Notes under the pieces: model-generated | Databases searched by the model: none | What the model was told of the DNA's origin: nothing | Seen by the model: only the letters and a program-made list of their open reading frames with translations | NCBI GenBank assembly: GCA_047495785.1 | Contig: JBLDXI010000042.1 | Coordinates: 3,844,001-3,908,000, forward strand | Length of the DNA stretch: 64,000 bases | Origin: Lepidodermella squamata | Taxonomy: Eukaryota > Animalia > Gastrotricha | Direction: 5' to 3' | Part shown: in pieces, positions 11,601 to 25,623 of the stretch | Numbering within the stretch: the first letter of the stretch is position 1 | Layout: each line of letters begins with the position of its first letter | Translations under genes and position numbers: made by a program

Positions 11601-14600
11601 CACATTCCATGTTCACTCGAAGTAATTGAATTAGTATAGCTTTTCAAATGGACCTTGGTTTCAGCTGAACCAAACTCGGATGTGGAACCAGATTCCCAAT
11701 CATTCCGACCCACAATTTGGGAAGTTTCGAAAAGCATAATGGGGGCGACAAAATCCACCAAAATTGGTAGACGATTCGAGAAAAGACAATATATGGCATT
11801 GGAAGGCTGATGAACCAATTTTTTTAGATTTGGCTAGCTACCAATCTAGGTCGAGGTGGTCCATCAATTTTCTAAATTTACACTTCGCGACATTAAGATT
11901 CTAAAATTACGAATGGTTGCTAAGGAAATTGCGTATTTAGCCAAATATTTGCAAAACGCGTCCTTAGCAACGAGTTTTTCGCCAAGGTAAAGAACCGGAA
12001 CAAAGTGATCATAGGTGAATACGTAGAAGCAGGAGCCAACGTCAGAAGAGAGTTGAGTGCGTGGGCATGTACATCAGCGGCTGCTGTTTTACGTCGACGC
12101 ACATTTTTGACACCTCATTATAGCAGGGTGTCTAAAACGATAATAGCGCGAAATAACGCGCCAGTTTTTGTTTTTGAGACGCACCATCCTACTCCTACTC
12201 CTACTTCCTTACAACTCGCAGTCGAAATGCTCAGCCCACGTAAACACGGCTAGGAGATGTTTCAGCTTTCAGCCAAAGGATGAGAGCTGGCCACTGTAAC
12301 AATAACAAGTCATGTGTCTATGAAAGCGTTCCGCGTTGTTGCCTCTTTTCATCGACCGAGGGCGATAGGGGCAGGCGAGAGGTAAAAGCTATAACGCAAA
12401 ACACGTGGTTATAAAATGAGATATTATATTGGTGTCTATTATTTTTGTTTTTATAGCTAAATTATTGCGCGATAAAAAAAGCGCGGCGAGTGAGAGCGAG
12501 TGGGAGAGAGCGCGCGGCAAGACGCCAGCTAACCTGGTAATGAGTAAGAAGTCGGCCCAGACAAAAAACGTTTAGTTGTTCTTGAAAAATAATCCCTATT
12601 ATATAGCGAAAAAACACGCCATAAAACACAGGGCTGAGACAAGCGAGTTGAAAGATAAAAGAAGATTTTTCGGCTCCGAGAATAAAGCGGTGCCGGCGTT
12701 TAAGTGGAGGTGGCTATCCATTTTATTACGAGTGATGGCACTCGTACTCGATGGAGTGATGATAGATCCATGTCGGCGGCGAAACGCTTGATTCTTTCGC
12801 GTTCGCGTTTTTTGCGCGCACGCGCGCGCGCACAGCTAATGACGATTATTATCAAAGCGATTATTGTCTATTATACAGGCGGGCCTTCAATCAAAAATGG
12901 TAACCTATTTACACGGCGTTTCGAGAGCTTGTTTTGTACGCTCAAGTATTATTTACGTTAACTAGTGTATAGCATAATATATCCGCTAGATGTATTTTAA
13001 ATAATAGGTATAGTTCCGGCTTATCCACGCCACCAGACTCTGCTGGCGCTATATCACTGCTGCGTACACTCATCAAGCTCCGAAAAAACTGTACGTGTTT
13101 TGGCCCATCAAGTATACGGACGCAGCACATAGCTGACGTAAGCAAGGTTGGAGGGTTGAATACTAGAGATAATAATAATTTTATTGTTATATAACACCCG
13201 TTATAAATCGAAAATAAAACCCAAGTGTTATTTATTTGATTAAGGCGATAATTTTGTTTTATATATCACCGATACCGAAACGGCCTCTACCGGTTTTAGC
13301 TAGGCACGTATATATAGATAATTAATATCTTACTCTGTTTGCTTATTGCCGAAATAATCAAAGGCGATCTAGATATATACTGAAAGATGAGAGCTGAGAG
13401 TTCGAGTGCGAAGCGAAAAATAATAAAAAATCCAGCTTAAAAAAAGTAGAAGAGACAATAATTTTATATTATTATTCGAATAAAAATAGTTCAAGGCTTG
13501 TTGAGTGAAGAGAGGCCAACACTATATTTAGGTACTCATAATCGCAAGTCACACATATACGGAGGCGAGAAATTAAACTTTCCGCATGGGTGATTTTACT
13601 GAACAGTTAAAAAAATGCGCTACACGCGCCGTAATTAACGAGTCTATTCAAACTGCAGACATTGATACACCGCGGCCGCAACTAGCCAGGACACTTGACT
13701 ATTGATACATGTGTTTTTTCGTACTACAGCAGGGGTATCAATTTACGCGGCGAAACCCTTGTACCTGTCGTTTTGAAGGGTTTGCTAAATGATACACCGA
13801 AAACTAGTTCAGTGCCAAAAGCGCGGAAAGTTTGATGAGCCACAAGAAAAACGGTTTATTGGCGATGAACACAATACATATTGCTGATGGGTGACTATAG
13901 AATTTCAGGCGCCTAGATCATCCGAAAGACAATGGATATTATAAGGCGGTGCGAGCGCCTGGGATATTATAAGCGCATGCAAAGTCCGTCAACAAATAAA
14001 CAAGATCTAGGACTATAAACGGCGGCTGCGAAATTGGGCGCGATTGGGATATGCATAACCGATGAGAAAGAGACGAAACACGCCGCGTCCTATACCCAGC
14101 ACCACAAGCCGCATATAATAAAGCCTATTAAGACTAGATATAAAAAAATCTCCCAATTTTTGCGCAATTAGTACAGCTCAATCCTTAATAAAAAAAATGA
14201 TATTATTCGCGAAAAAAATGTTTGGACTAAAGGAAATAATTTAATTAAAAGAACGGAAGATCGCGCCTATATATAGGAAATTGAGAATAAAAATCGGAAG
14301 GAATTGAACCTTAATGTTTTATTAATTTTTTTAGATATTTAACCAGCCTTGGGTTATTTTATTGGTCATTGGTTGGCAGACAGGCCTGCTCTTAACGCTG
14401 GCAGGGTGGCTCGAGGCACGCGGTTTTCCCGCGGGTAAAAAAATTGCCTAAATTATTGATGACGTTTTCATGCGTCGACAAAATGTTCAATCTAGGCCAC
14501 TTTGAAATCATGTTAAAAAACCACGTAAAACGATGACGGCAGGATGCACTTGTGTCGCACTGATGACAATTTAAATGTTATCTAGATCGATGCAAATTTT

Positions 14601-16064
14601 CATCTAATTTGTAGCGAAAATGTAAAAATACAACATGTTGTTCGGCGGTAATGTAATAGACTTAAACTGTATAATCATGTGTAAAACGGCGAAAAATAGG
14701 AAGGGTATTTAAAAAGTTTTTAAAAATTACAATGCCTGGGAAACGGCCGCACGAATATAAGAAGCGTGTGCGCTATTATCTAGTAGATAATATTTTTATG
14801 CTAATAAAAGGCGAAGCCTGGGCGAGTATTGGCTTACAGTACCTAGTAATGGTACATAGCGCCACATTAGATCTCATCAAGTTTCACATATATAGCGATC
14901 ATTAACATGTATCGCTACAAAGAAGGGATGATAAAAGGCGAAAAAAGGACCGGGCCACCAGAAAATATCTATAAAAACGAGGCAATATACGATAAAATAG
15001 GTCTTCGTAACTGTCTTTTCCCAATCGCAATATATATATATATACTTGAGTTGTAGCGAATATATATATAGATGGTTTCACACTGGCTATTGTAATAAAC
15101 GAGCGACACAATATGAAAAAATAGACCGGGGAACCCTGAAAAACGCGAGCTATTAGGCCGATCATCGCCGCGCGAGAGAGCGGCAAAAGCGCCTATTTGA
15201 GCAGATGATAGCTTTTTAAAAAAGCGAAGATGGGGAGCCCCTTATCGAGGCGCCTGTTTAGCGGCCGTCGCCGAACTGCGCGCTTTATTATACTATCATT
15301 ATTATATCGTATTTTTTTCTAATGGCGCGCTTCTTATTGCAGTCGTAGTTGCAGTTGTAGTAGTAGTAGTAGCAAGCGGTCACCGGGGCGCGCCAGGGCC
15401 CGATGACAATGCAAGAAACCGTTTAACTTGGCCCTGTTTAATAATAATAAAATACTACATCATAGAATAAATCGCGTAATAATGATCGATCACGTCTGGT
15501 AAAATAATTGAATTGTAATGAAAAATTAATTTTTGCCCCCAATTAGCCCCGACGTGGCTTGAAAATTCGAATTTTAGGAATGAAAACTAGAATACTAACT
15601 GCATATTTTTATTTTAGTGCATCGCTATATGGTTGTAGTATAGTATGCTATGCCAAAAACTTGCCTGGGTAACGGCACTCTGGGAAATGTTTTACGCTCA
15701 ATTCGACCCTGGAAACGCCTATAAAAAAGCTCATTAAATTTCCGGAACTGGCCCTTCTTTGTCGCCAGCATTCATCGACGTGAGCTAAAATGTGCAGGGT
15801 AAAATAATACATGTGCCTAGTAGAAATACGATATAATTATTGCGTGTGTATATGGCAAGAAAAAATCACTCGGTGTTCACTCGACCGCGGCCGAATTACA
15901 CGGGGCGCGACAAAAATATTACGCGTTTTTCCACACAATATCCTTTTTTATTATATTATTATTCATTATAAATATTTCAGAAAAATTCAACGCGCACAAA
16001 AAAGTCATTCGCACACGTGATTATTTTTTTATCTATATATATTGTTCGAAAAATTGGATAATAA

Positions 16065-19000
16065 TCATACAAATATTGCCTCGTCGCTGCTGTAAATGGA
16101 TGATAGCCGGCAACTTTCAGCCGGCGCAAGTGGCGCGTAGCACAGCGCACTTGCTTCACGCTTCGAAATAACAGCCGGCGATGAAGCTGTGATTACAGCG
16201 TCAGTTTTAGCCACTACTTCACCATTTTTAAGGCGGTTATTATTATTGTCGTTATTATTAACTTTTTCGAAACTACGTTTCCGCTTTTGCACCGGTGACG
16301 CGAACGCGTCGAGGCGTTCCGCTTGAGCGATTTTCTCCTCCTCGTGTGTGAGTTCCAACAATGATTCACCCGTATGCTCGATGGGTGCCTGCAATGTGTT
16401 CGTTTTATTAGCCGCAGGTGGTCGGTTGTTATTCTCAACATCAGCTTTAGGAACGTTTTTCCCTGCTTGGACTTTCGGTTTTCGTCTGTATTGGCTTTGA
16501 CCAGTTCCCAACAAATTGCCGAATATAGCTGTTGTTTGACGACTAATAATCGCTGAGACATTCGTCCTGTGAAGATAAAATACATCTCTATTAGTAAAAA
16601 TTTGAGTTAATTTTTGCAGGCTGCTGAACCGAAATTGGCTAAGCGGAACCTAGCCCGGATGTTATTAGAATATCTAAGAAGAAACCCAGAAATAAAAAAA
16701 ACCGAGAGCTATAAAAACCTCTAGACCTCTAGATTTCTAGCGGTCATAGTTCGTGAGTTAAACTTCAATCTATCAAATTTGATTTTTCATCGAAATATTT
16801 TTAAACGACACCATTTGCTTTTCAATTTTCAAGATTCAAAGGATCCCCGATATTTGGAACTATCTGGAACCAATAAGAATTTAAATTTATTAGAGTGTGC
16901 TGATGTCTGAAAGATAAAAATTAGCAACCTAAGATTAGAAAATAGCTAAAAAACTTCTACAAGAAGTGATGTAAAAACTGGTCGAATTTCGGACATTTTT
17001 CCATCACTTCAATACCGAACCAAAAATGCTATGACGAGTAAAGCAAAATTGATCATTAATTTATGAACCTTCTCCTCCTTAAGTCAACCCAAGCTGCATT
17101 GTTCCTGAATGTCAAGTTCACAGAATCTGGTAATCATCCTCAAGTTCGATAAAAACCATAACCAATCTTACCTGAAAGTTTCATTGACAGCATAGTAGAT
17201 GAAAGGATTCGCCCAAGAGTTGACGTAGTGCAGATAGAACACAAAATGCTGCGCGTCGAGGCTGAGGAAGCTCAAATAGCCAGATTTGAACAGCAAGGCC
17301 GGCGTGGTCGATGCAACGAAGACAATAGTAACCAGCAAGACAGTTAGCAGAGTTTTGAAGTATAATTTCAGCGTTTTCGCTTGGATAGTGTGATGACTGG
17401 AAGATGAAGGCGATCCGATGAAAGCTGATTTTATCGTTGTGCTTTTCCGAATAGGTTTCGAAGATTTGGCCGCGTGATCTTGTTGGTTCGCGCCGCCGTT
17501 GGTTGGTTGTTGCGGCGTGTTCCAGCTTTGTTTAGCCAGGTAATTTTCGCGCTTCTGTTGCACGGCGGCATGTTGTAGTCGCCGGCGAATGGCCCACCAG
17601 AATACGAAGAAATACGCAACGCATGTTACAGCAAGGCATGCGATGAAAATCGCCGTGTTCATGTGGGACAGAAAGAGCCTGTGTTGTGGGAGAAAAGTTT
17701 GGGATTACCAACAAAAAGCATTAAAGCATTAAAGCCCAGCATGTTTTCGGCAAATATTTTTATTTTTCTTTCCCTATTGACACGTGCCATTCCGATAGAG
17801 AAAAATTCGGGGACGAAGAATCTGAAAACCGCATATTTTTATCATCTACCGTTGTTGAGATATTCCAGTGTCAAGTTGTCACGTGACCTTACCTGTTGTC
17901 ACACCTGAACGATTATCTCAAGAACGGTGATAGCCTAGGAAGCCGCTCTCAAAGAAAAAGTTTATCAGCGTGATGAGATCTATCTGGAAATGCATTCAGT
18001 TGGGTTATAGGTGATACTTCGGGCAAATCGATTTTGATGACACTTTAGTGCAATTCGGTGACAGTCCCAAAAAACGGCCCCTAGCTCATCACCAAGCCGA
18101 GACACTGGTCATTTATCAGTTTTCCCCGACGTGATACGATTTCCCAACATGGAGATATGCCTTGTAGTCACCCTACATGATTTTTTAAATATAATAGGGT
18201 GGGGTGGCAGGAAAAGATGCCGTTGGGCGTTAATGGGTTTTATAAGCTGAAAGCTGAAGGCTGAAACCCACTGATATGCGCTTGACTTCTGCAAGTCACG
18301 ACTCTGTTTCAATCCTGGATACTGGATCTGGAGATTCAGGTTTCTGGAATCGATCAATGTGTACGGCTGGGCTGGGTGGGAACCTCACAGCTTGGGTTCC
18401 AGCATTGCAAGTTAAGACTGCTGCCCCAGATTTTCCCAATGTTAGGATTTCAGGTTTTCTTTTGAATCTCACTTTAAGTGTCATAGGTGGCAGTATAACC
18501 GGTTAGATGAGGAATATAAGTAAAAAATAAGTATCATTCGTTGATTCATTCGTTGAATCATGATGATTAACTCAGACACTTATTACGACTATACATTTTC
18601 GATTGATATGATTAATATATTTACCTGTCCTAAAGAATATCCTCTACCCTGATTACAAGCCTAGCAAATTCTCAGTTCCATCAATTAATTTACCCCGCGT
18701 CTATTTTTGAGATGTACGGGTGTCATTTACGCAATTTCATTCCTTGGCAAGCAACCATATTCCCAATTTAGCGTTGATGGAAAAAATGATCCATGATGTA
18801 AGTCAAATTGTCGGGACGAGAAGGTACTGAGAGAAGGAGCGCGAAATAGAGGGCCCAGCTTCTAATCAACTTGAGCGCATGGTAAAACATGGCTTGTAAA
18901 GAATGTGGATTCTTGCTCAACGGATAAATGCTCTGAAATTCAACGATCAAGATAATTTATCTATCTAATTTTATAAATCACAGAAGCTAACGTAAACACC

Positions 19001-21508
19001 CACTCGATACGCATGCTACTCTGACAAGATCACTCTGATGAGTGTGGATTCATTATGGACAATGCATCGCAGCAACATAGGTATGAAGGTAACTGCGCAT
19101 TTGGCAATATCTTAGTATGTCACTTTTATAGGAATATTTCTTCGTCTTCAAACTACGCAAACAAATTCATATACTATAAAACTAAATCTGCAGAGTGAAT
19201 TATTTATCATTTTGAAAACGGCTATGGCATCGCAAAAGATCTACAAAGCCACTGGTGGCAATAAGTTCGTTTCTATAGCATTCTGTTTGATTATCCTAAG
19301 CCAAGCCGTTGCTTCAGAGCAGCAAAGCGACAGTGGAAAAGTTTTGCGACGTATCATGGACTTACTAGCAGGTAAAAGCCTTGAAAGTTTGAATCAATCC
19401 GTTCTTAATTATATGTCTGTATTGAAGATAATCCAGGAAAGTCTACGTCGAAAATGGTTCTATCGAGCGCTTTGAAACATAAAGCACTTCGACTGATGCG
19501 AATGAGGAAATGCATTGAGATGGTTGGGCGCAATCTGTGCGACAAGAACAGCCAAGGATCTTTTTTCTTATGGGCGAAACTGTACGCTAACGACATTTTG
19601 TCCGGAAAATATGACAAGCAGCTATTTATAACGAAGAAGAGTTTAACTTCTTAATACAAGTCGATTTAGCGTCAATCTGTTCACAATTTTGCAGATGTGC
19701 CAACAATTTGAACATTTAAGCTGACTGATTTTCCGAAATAAACCACTAAGTTTTAGCCTTCAGTTGATTCCCTAGGCTTATATTTCAAAGTAAGTCTTAC
19801 ATTTGTTCGAATGAAAAGTAAACTGGCTGAGCGGTGCATCGTCCTGTGTAGAGATTGAATTCTTGCGGGGTATAGCCCGTAATTTGCTCGACAATTTGCT
19901 CGTTTCCTACAGCAGCTGTGGTCCTTAAAAGCATCGCCGACTCTGAGACGGCTAGCACCGAAGTTTTGTTAACAAACACTTGGCCAGCTGTTGTTGTCGT
20001 CGGGTCTGAAATTTCCGGGTTTTCGATAACGACTTGGTACACGCTGTGGCACAGTGAGGACATTATTGCGAAGGCGAGGGTGGCTACGGCAGCCCCGATT
20101 GCGAAGGCTTTCGTCGCTCTGACTTGGTTGACGTGGCAGAAAGGCACAATGGCGTAGCACAGGCGATCGATAGCGATGCCGGTAACTATGATTGCCGAGT
20201 ATGGAACGCTGGTTATTGTGAACATGTAATAGATGTGGCAGATTATCTCGTAGTTGGCCATGAAGTTTGACAGCAACTGAAAACAAGAAAACAATTCAAT
20301 AACATCATGAGAAACTAAATCGAGAATCCTTTATTATGGATTGGCTCTTTTAAGCATAGGGCTTTTGCAAAGCCGTTAACACATCGCAAAGGGGAGGATG
20401 TCCTGAAAGCTCCAAATTACCTAAACGAATTCGAATGAGTTGCGAAGGCTAAGGGCCATGTTAAAATAAGAAAGCTGATGATTGAAAACCAAAGATTCCA
20501 TTCCTTCAAGCTGTTCGCTCCGAAACAGCAAGTTTAAAATGGAAAGGAGGCAGGAGAATTCAAGGATGTTATTTCAACGAGATGCAACTAAGTGGCTGAA
20601 TGCTGAATGCTGAATGCTGAGATTTTGGTTACCATTTTGACCAATTTGATGCTCCAAAAACATGGCCTGTAATGTTTCCAACTTCCCTAGAGATACCTTG
20701 TAGGCTTCATTTAAATGCTTTCACTTAAATGCATTGTCTATTGGGCGTCTCTCTTCTCTCTTGCTACAGCCATCATGAATGCCTCAGGATTCCTAGATGT
20801 TTCATCTTAACAGAACCCAAAACCCTAAGCGTGTTCACCATATCGACTCGGCAGTCTCTCAATATTGAGGAGATCTTTGATTTCTAAATCTGAGAAGGTC
20901 AAATAAGAAGCGACATCGGGTCTGAAGGCTTATGCTAAGCTTGTAGTCAGAACTTAAGGCTTTGCAAAGAGGACTCAAATTTCGGATTCACTCGGCGATT
21001 TTTTGAATAACCCAACGCCATGCAAGCCTAATTTGATGGCAGTATTTTGAATCCCTCGATTTTCAAACTTTTGGTCCTATACTAATTAGTGCTTCGATCC
21101 AAAGGTGTGAGTTTCTGGTAGACAGGCGAAAGCACTTACCATGTAAACTGTGGCTGGAAGGGTTATTGCACATGTGACAAGATCAGTAATAGCCAAGCTG
21201 GCGATGAGCACTGTTGACGTTTTAACGTGAGCTTCTCGCGATATGACCGCGAGCGACAGGGCGTTGCATACCGTACCAACTATCGAGAACAATATCAGCA
21301 TGGCCGCTATTGCGCTTCTCACGATTGGATCCTCTGGAATCAAACCATCGCTCATGTGTTCCTCGGAATAATACAACTCGCCGTCAGCTTGCAAATCTTC
21401 ATTCGAGTAGCTCGGTACAGATGTGGTGGCGAATAGAAAATCATTGGTTGAAAGGTAAGAGTTGAGATCGGTTGATCTCACAGTCATGCCCATTTCATCA
21501 AATTTCAT
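16065..21508 (-). CDS. Class A (rhodopsin-family) GPCR, peptide-receptor-like orphan, about 617 aa
   Basis: Exons 21508-21140, 20276-19801, 17678-17172, 16566-16065 join in frame. TM1 GTVCNALSL, TM2 SLAITDL, TM3 IAIDRL, long ECL2 with Cys, TM6 FVASTTP, TM7 NSWANPFIYY, helix 8 NETFR. Confidence 0.9.
17848..17928. repeat. Intronic inverted repeat, probably the core of a small non-autonomous element
   Basis: ACCGTTGTTGAGATA (17848-17862) pairs with TATCTCAAGAACGGT (17914-17928), one mismatch. Confidence 0.5.
19224..19654 (+). CDS. Putative secreted peptide/neuropeptide precursor (124 aa) nested antisense in GPCR intron 2
   Basis: Exons 19224-19371 and 19428-19654 joined by a 56-nt GT-AG intron. 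Signal peptide (FVSIAFCLIILSQAVA), RR/RK/GK sites and a C-x8-C motif. TATAAA at 18972, candidate 5'UTR intron 19081-19193, AATAAA at 19737. Confidence 0.65.
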
Positions 21509-23926
21509 ACAGCATTAGCGTGAACATCTTGCGATTAAATGATCCTAAATGTTTATTTAAAAAATTTTAGGCTGAAAATATGAAAAATTAGAACCATTAA
21601 AAACCGTGAGTTTGAGCAACAGATTGCGGAATGAGTGTCCCCTCTTAATTTTGGAAATCGCTAGGTATATCGGAAAATTTAATGCCATTATGATGGTAGA
21701 TTATAGGAGCTTCAATTTTATAGTTCACCAGTTAGACCACTTCGAAATTTAGAATTTTCGAGCCATTATAAGTCCCCTGTGAGTTTCTTGGCTAGGTGGT
21801 ATTTTCTGAAAAGGATGAAAATTCCCAAGTTTTGACATTGGAAAAATTCCTCACCTTTAATTCAAAGCTATGCGACCTTGTAGAATCGTGAAATTGCGGG
21901 AAAAATCTGAAAAAATTGGATCTAGACACTAGAAAATGTTAATCGAAATTGCGGTTGCCCTATGGTTTTATTCCATAATTTGGTATAACCTTGGTTTAAC
22001 CTTCCGTAATCCCAATTTTAGGTCAAAGGACCGAAAAATCAATAGCCAATGCTGGCTTTTGAAGCAGGCTAATTAGGAATGTGAAAAGATACAGAAAATA
22101 GGGTCGCGAATCATTTTGCCTGGTCTAACATCTGCCGAAATGAATCGTAAACAAGCTCGTTAAACACGGTCTCACAGCGCTATTATATTATACAGCCGAT
22201 ATATATGGGGTCTTGTAGGAAAAAAATAGCGCAAAAATCACTATCGCAAAAACGTCTCATTCATCGCGCGTATTTTTGTATGGAAATATTATTTCCTATA
22301 CATTTTAATTAAGGAGCAGATAAGCCGTGCATGAATACGCGTATGTTATAAATATATAAAAAAGGTCTCTAGGCGTAAAAATCGTGTAAAAATAACGTGC
22401 CGAACCTTGTTCGATATATGACATAGCTTTATCAAAGAATACCACGTGCGATAAATCGATATTGACCACATTTAAACAAAACGGTTATGAATGTAAATAC
22501 ACTAGCCACAATTCTTAGTAATTATTCAAAAGGTTTAAGCCTTAGATACTTCAAACCCCATCCTAACAAAAAAAAGTTGTCGATATTTTGTCTGCTCTTG
22601 ATAAAATTATTTTCCTTAACTAATTTTTTGCGTTTTCCGGCGATAAAAAAAATGAGAGATTCTATTACAGGATAATACACCTCTAGGCGGACAGGTGAGA
22701 AGAGATCAGAGTTATATAGCCCGAAACGAAAATAAACTTGACTAGTGCTCAAGCTCAGCTTCTTTGTTTATCTAATCGGTCATTTTTTCTATATTGCATA
22801 TAAAAATAATATTTTATTATTACGACGCCTGTACAGTGCTAATACATTGAAGGAAGCTGCGCGAAAAAAAAGCTCGATTGAAGAACAAATGATTGAGGCC
22901 AGGCGAAAACTATTATAAAACGATTATACTTTCGCAGTGTAAAATATAATATTATGTATAAGTATCGATAGCTGCGAATAATAGCAGCGGAAGTGGAGAG
23001 CTGCGATTAATTTGTATCGCGTGCTGCGGAAAGAAACTCGGGACTTTTTCCGAAATCGCGCGAAATGATTTATTTTCGCCGCCAACATCTCTCGAGAGGC
23101 GATTCTCCAGCTCGAAGTTCAGTTCGACTCAATAAATAGCGCTGTAGAATAGAACATGAAAGCAGTCTAATTTTGCGGTGATTTCAACATTTTTCAACTT
23201 AATTTTGCAGCCTGTGGTAGTAAATATACGAAGCTAAATGTATTTTTTATAGCGTGAGATGCCGCAACTAATATTGTCCTTTCAAATAACATTACTAGTG
23301 AATAATTACTGGTAAAGCAATTTCGCCAAGCAATTTTTTATGCTAATCGTAAAATTTGTACTACTTTGAGACTGGGATATGCAAAATGTACCCTTGATCC
23401 TGTTCTATAATCCAGTTCTCAAACCAACCTATAAACAACAACATTCAGACCTGAAAAAAAATATTCAAAATTTTGAGTTATTGATTTCATGCTGGTGAAA
23501 AAACTTCTTGAAAATACTAAAATAGCCAATGCGAAGAATCGACTTGTTTCCTTCGATTTCTTTCGTTATATATGAAGAGGAAATGCCTGACTAGCTCAGA
23601 AGAGAGCCACAAGCGAAGCTGAAAAAATTGAATCAAGGACCGAATTAGGCTTTCCTTGTCGCAAACTTTCAGCGCCCCGGTTTTTTTTCTATCGCGCTTC
23701 GTCGGAAATCAAAGGAGTCATTATTTGTGTTACGTTAATTTCGTTTTTTTCCGCAAATTCTGGAGACTCTCACGCTCAACATGTGACATGTTTATTTATA
23801 TACAAAAATAGGAAAAAGTGTCAAATAAAATGACGTGCCCCGCTGAAGTGACGGCAATATACGGTCAAGAAAGCAAATACTCCAAACGAAAGTGAAAATT
23901 TTAAAAATGACTCTCAAATGACCATT

Positions 23927-24472
23927 AACAAGTGAAAAGTGGGGTTTAGCTCAATTTCTGTATTTTCCAGCAAATGGCAAAAGTTGCAATGACTTGAAGA
24001 GGGGCGATTCTTGGAATCCTAGATGTTCTTACTCAGTTTTTCTTGAGAATTTCGAATTTTCAAAATTCATACCTCTTTGAGGCCCTCATCCACCTCAAAA
24101 GTCGGGTGTATCGCCGAAAAGGCTCATCGATTTTGGTTGACGTGGAAGCTTTAGCTTGATTTCATCAAAATTGTTGAATATATCTAGCTAGTTTCCTCAC
24201 CTCAGATTACCCCCAACAATCTCGACTGCGCATAAGAAAATAAGAATTTGAATTTTTTGCGCGGCGAATAATTAATAGATGCAATAAAAAAGCGCGCATT
24301 TTTCGAAATGGCAATTATCACCCGAAAAATGTGAAGCCCATTATCTCAGCAACCCTGATGAGTATCAACCTCTTTTTGATAACGTTCGACTCCTTGTTCA
24401 TTGATCTTAAAAGCGGCATCAAAATCTCACGATGTCAAAAATTTCGCCTATAAACCCCACTTTTCACTTGTT
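23927..24472. mobile_element. MITE-like element with 22-bp perfect inverted repeats
   Basis: AACAAGTGAAAAGTGGGGTTTA (23927-23948) and its exact reverse complement at 24451-24472; non-coding interior; no clear TSD. Confidence 0.7.
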
Positions 24473-25623
24473 GCTCAAATATGCCTATTTCCTATCACAT
24501 GATTTGAAAATCAATAAAAATAATTTCATCGATTGATCGCGATTGATTTTTCGCATTTTTCTAGGCCATTTTTTCCGGCTCATCAGCCACCGTCATCCAG
24601 TTCATTACCTATTAGCTGAGAGTGTCATTCTCAGACATTATAAAGCGTAAAGAGTAACAATCGCTGTCTCATTTGAAGCGCCAAAGCGCCGGTGTTTGAT
24701 GCTGTCATTGTACACAGCCGAGCGGGTTTGTTTTAATAATGTTATTTTTCCTCCGTCTTATTATACATAGCATTTGTTAAATAGGCCATAACTAAACGCT
24801 TGTCCCGCGCTGGTGTTAAACGTCGATGGCCAATAGACAGCAGAATGAGTGGTATGGCAGTTTCAGTACCTAAAATTACGAGAGTAGGCTCCTGTTCTTG
24901 CGGAAAAATTTCGCCATTCGAGATGGAACGCTTTCGCTCAAGTTGTTGTATTTATTTTAACTATTTAAATGTATTAAAACACGTGGGCATATGCGCGCAC
25001 AAAAGAAGCGACGCGCGTCTTATTTTCTATAAAGAAGCGCACTTCAAACACGCAGATCTAGCGCAACAATTTTGCGACTCAACATCACCACCACCTTAAG
25101 ATAGCGAGCGCGCTCGCCATCTACTTGCGCGCACACATTAGGTTGAAATATAAAAATGCCCCGTGGTAAAACCCTGGCAAAAATTCGCTTGAGCTCGATA
25201 TGTTTTATGTTATTATACACCGGCGCTCGCAAAAATAATGCAATATATTAATATTTCAAAAAACCGTCGGCTGTTAGCCTTTTAGCAGCTTAATAAATTC
25301 TCTTTCATAACATTACAAATTTTTGAAAATAACCTTGAACCATTTTGTAGCCCGTCAATCAAAAGCCATCGTCGTGTGTTTTGAAGCACGAACCGAAAAT
25401 TAAATAGAAAACAAATCTGTTTACAACTTATCGTTGGCCATCTTCGTTTAATATAGCTAATACGCTTATTGCTTTTTTATATTACTAATAATAGGTACGA
25501 GCTTTAATTATATCAACCCGCGGCCGTACCGAAAAAACAACTCAGCTCGGGTTGGACGTGCAACAATTTTTTTGCACCTCATAGCGCCATTTTCTCACTT
25601 TCCTTGAAGCATCAAATCACATC

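Noticed and set aside
17980-18500. Coding-like pieces in GPCR intron 2, including HFQIDLI (integrase-like)
   Set aside because: Too short and fragmented to assign; at most an old transposon relic.
19050-19080. FIMDNASQQH resembles a Tc1/pogo DDE motif
   Set aside because: No flanking transposase similarity; better explained as the 5' exon of the nested peptide gene.
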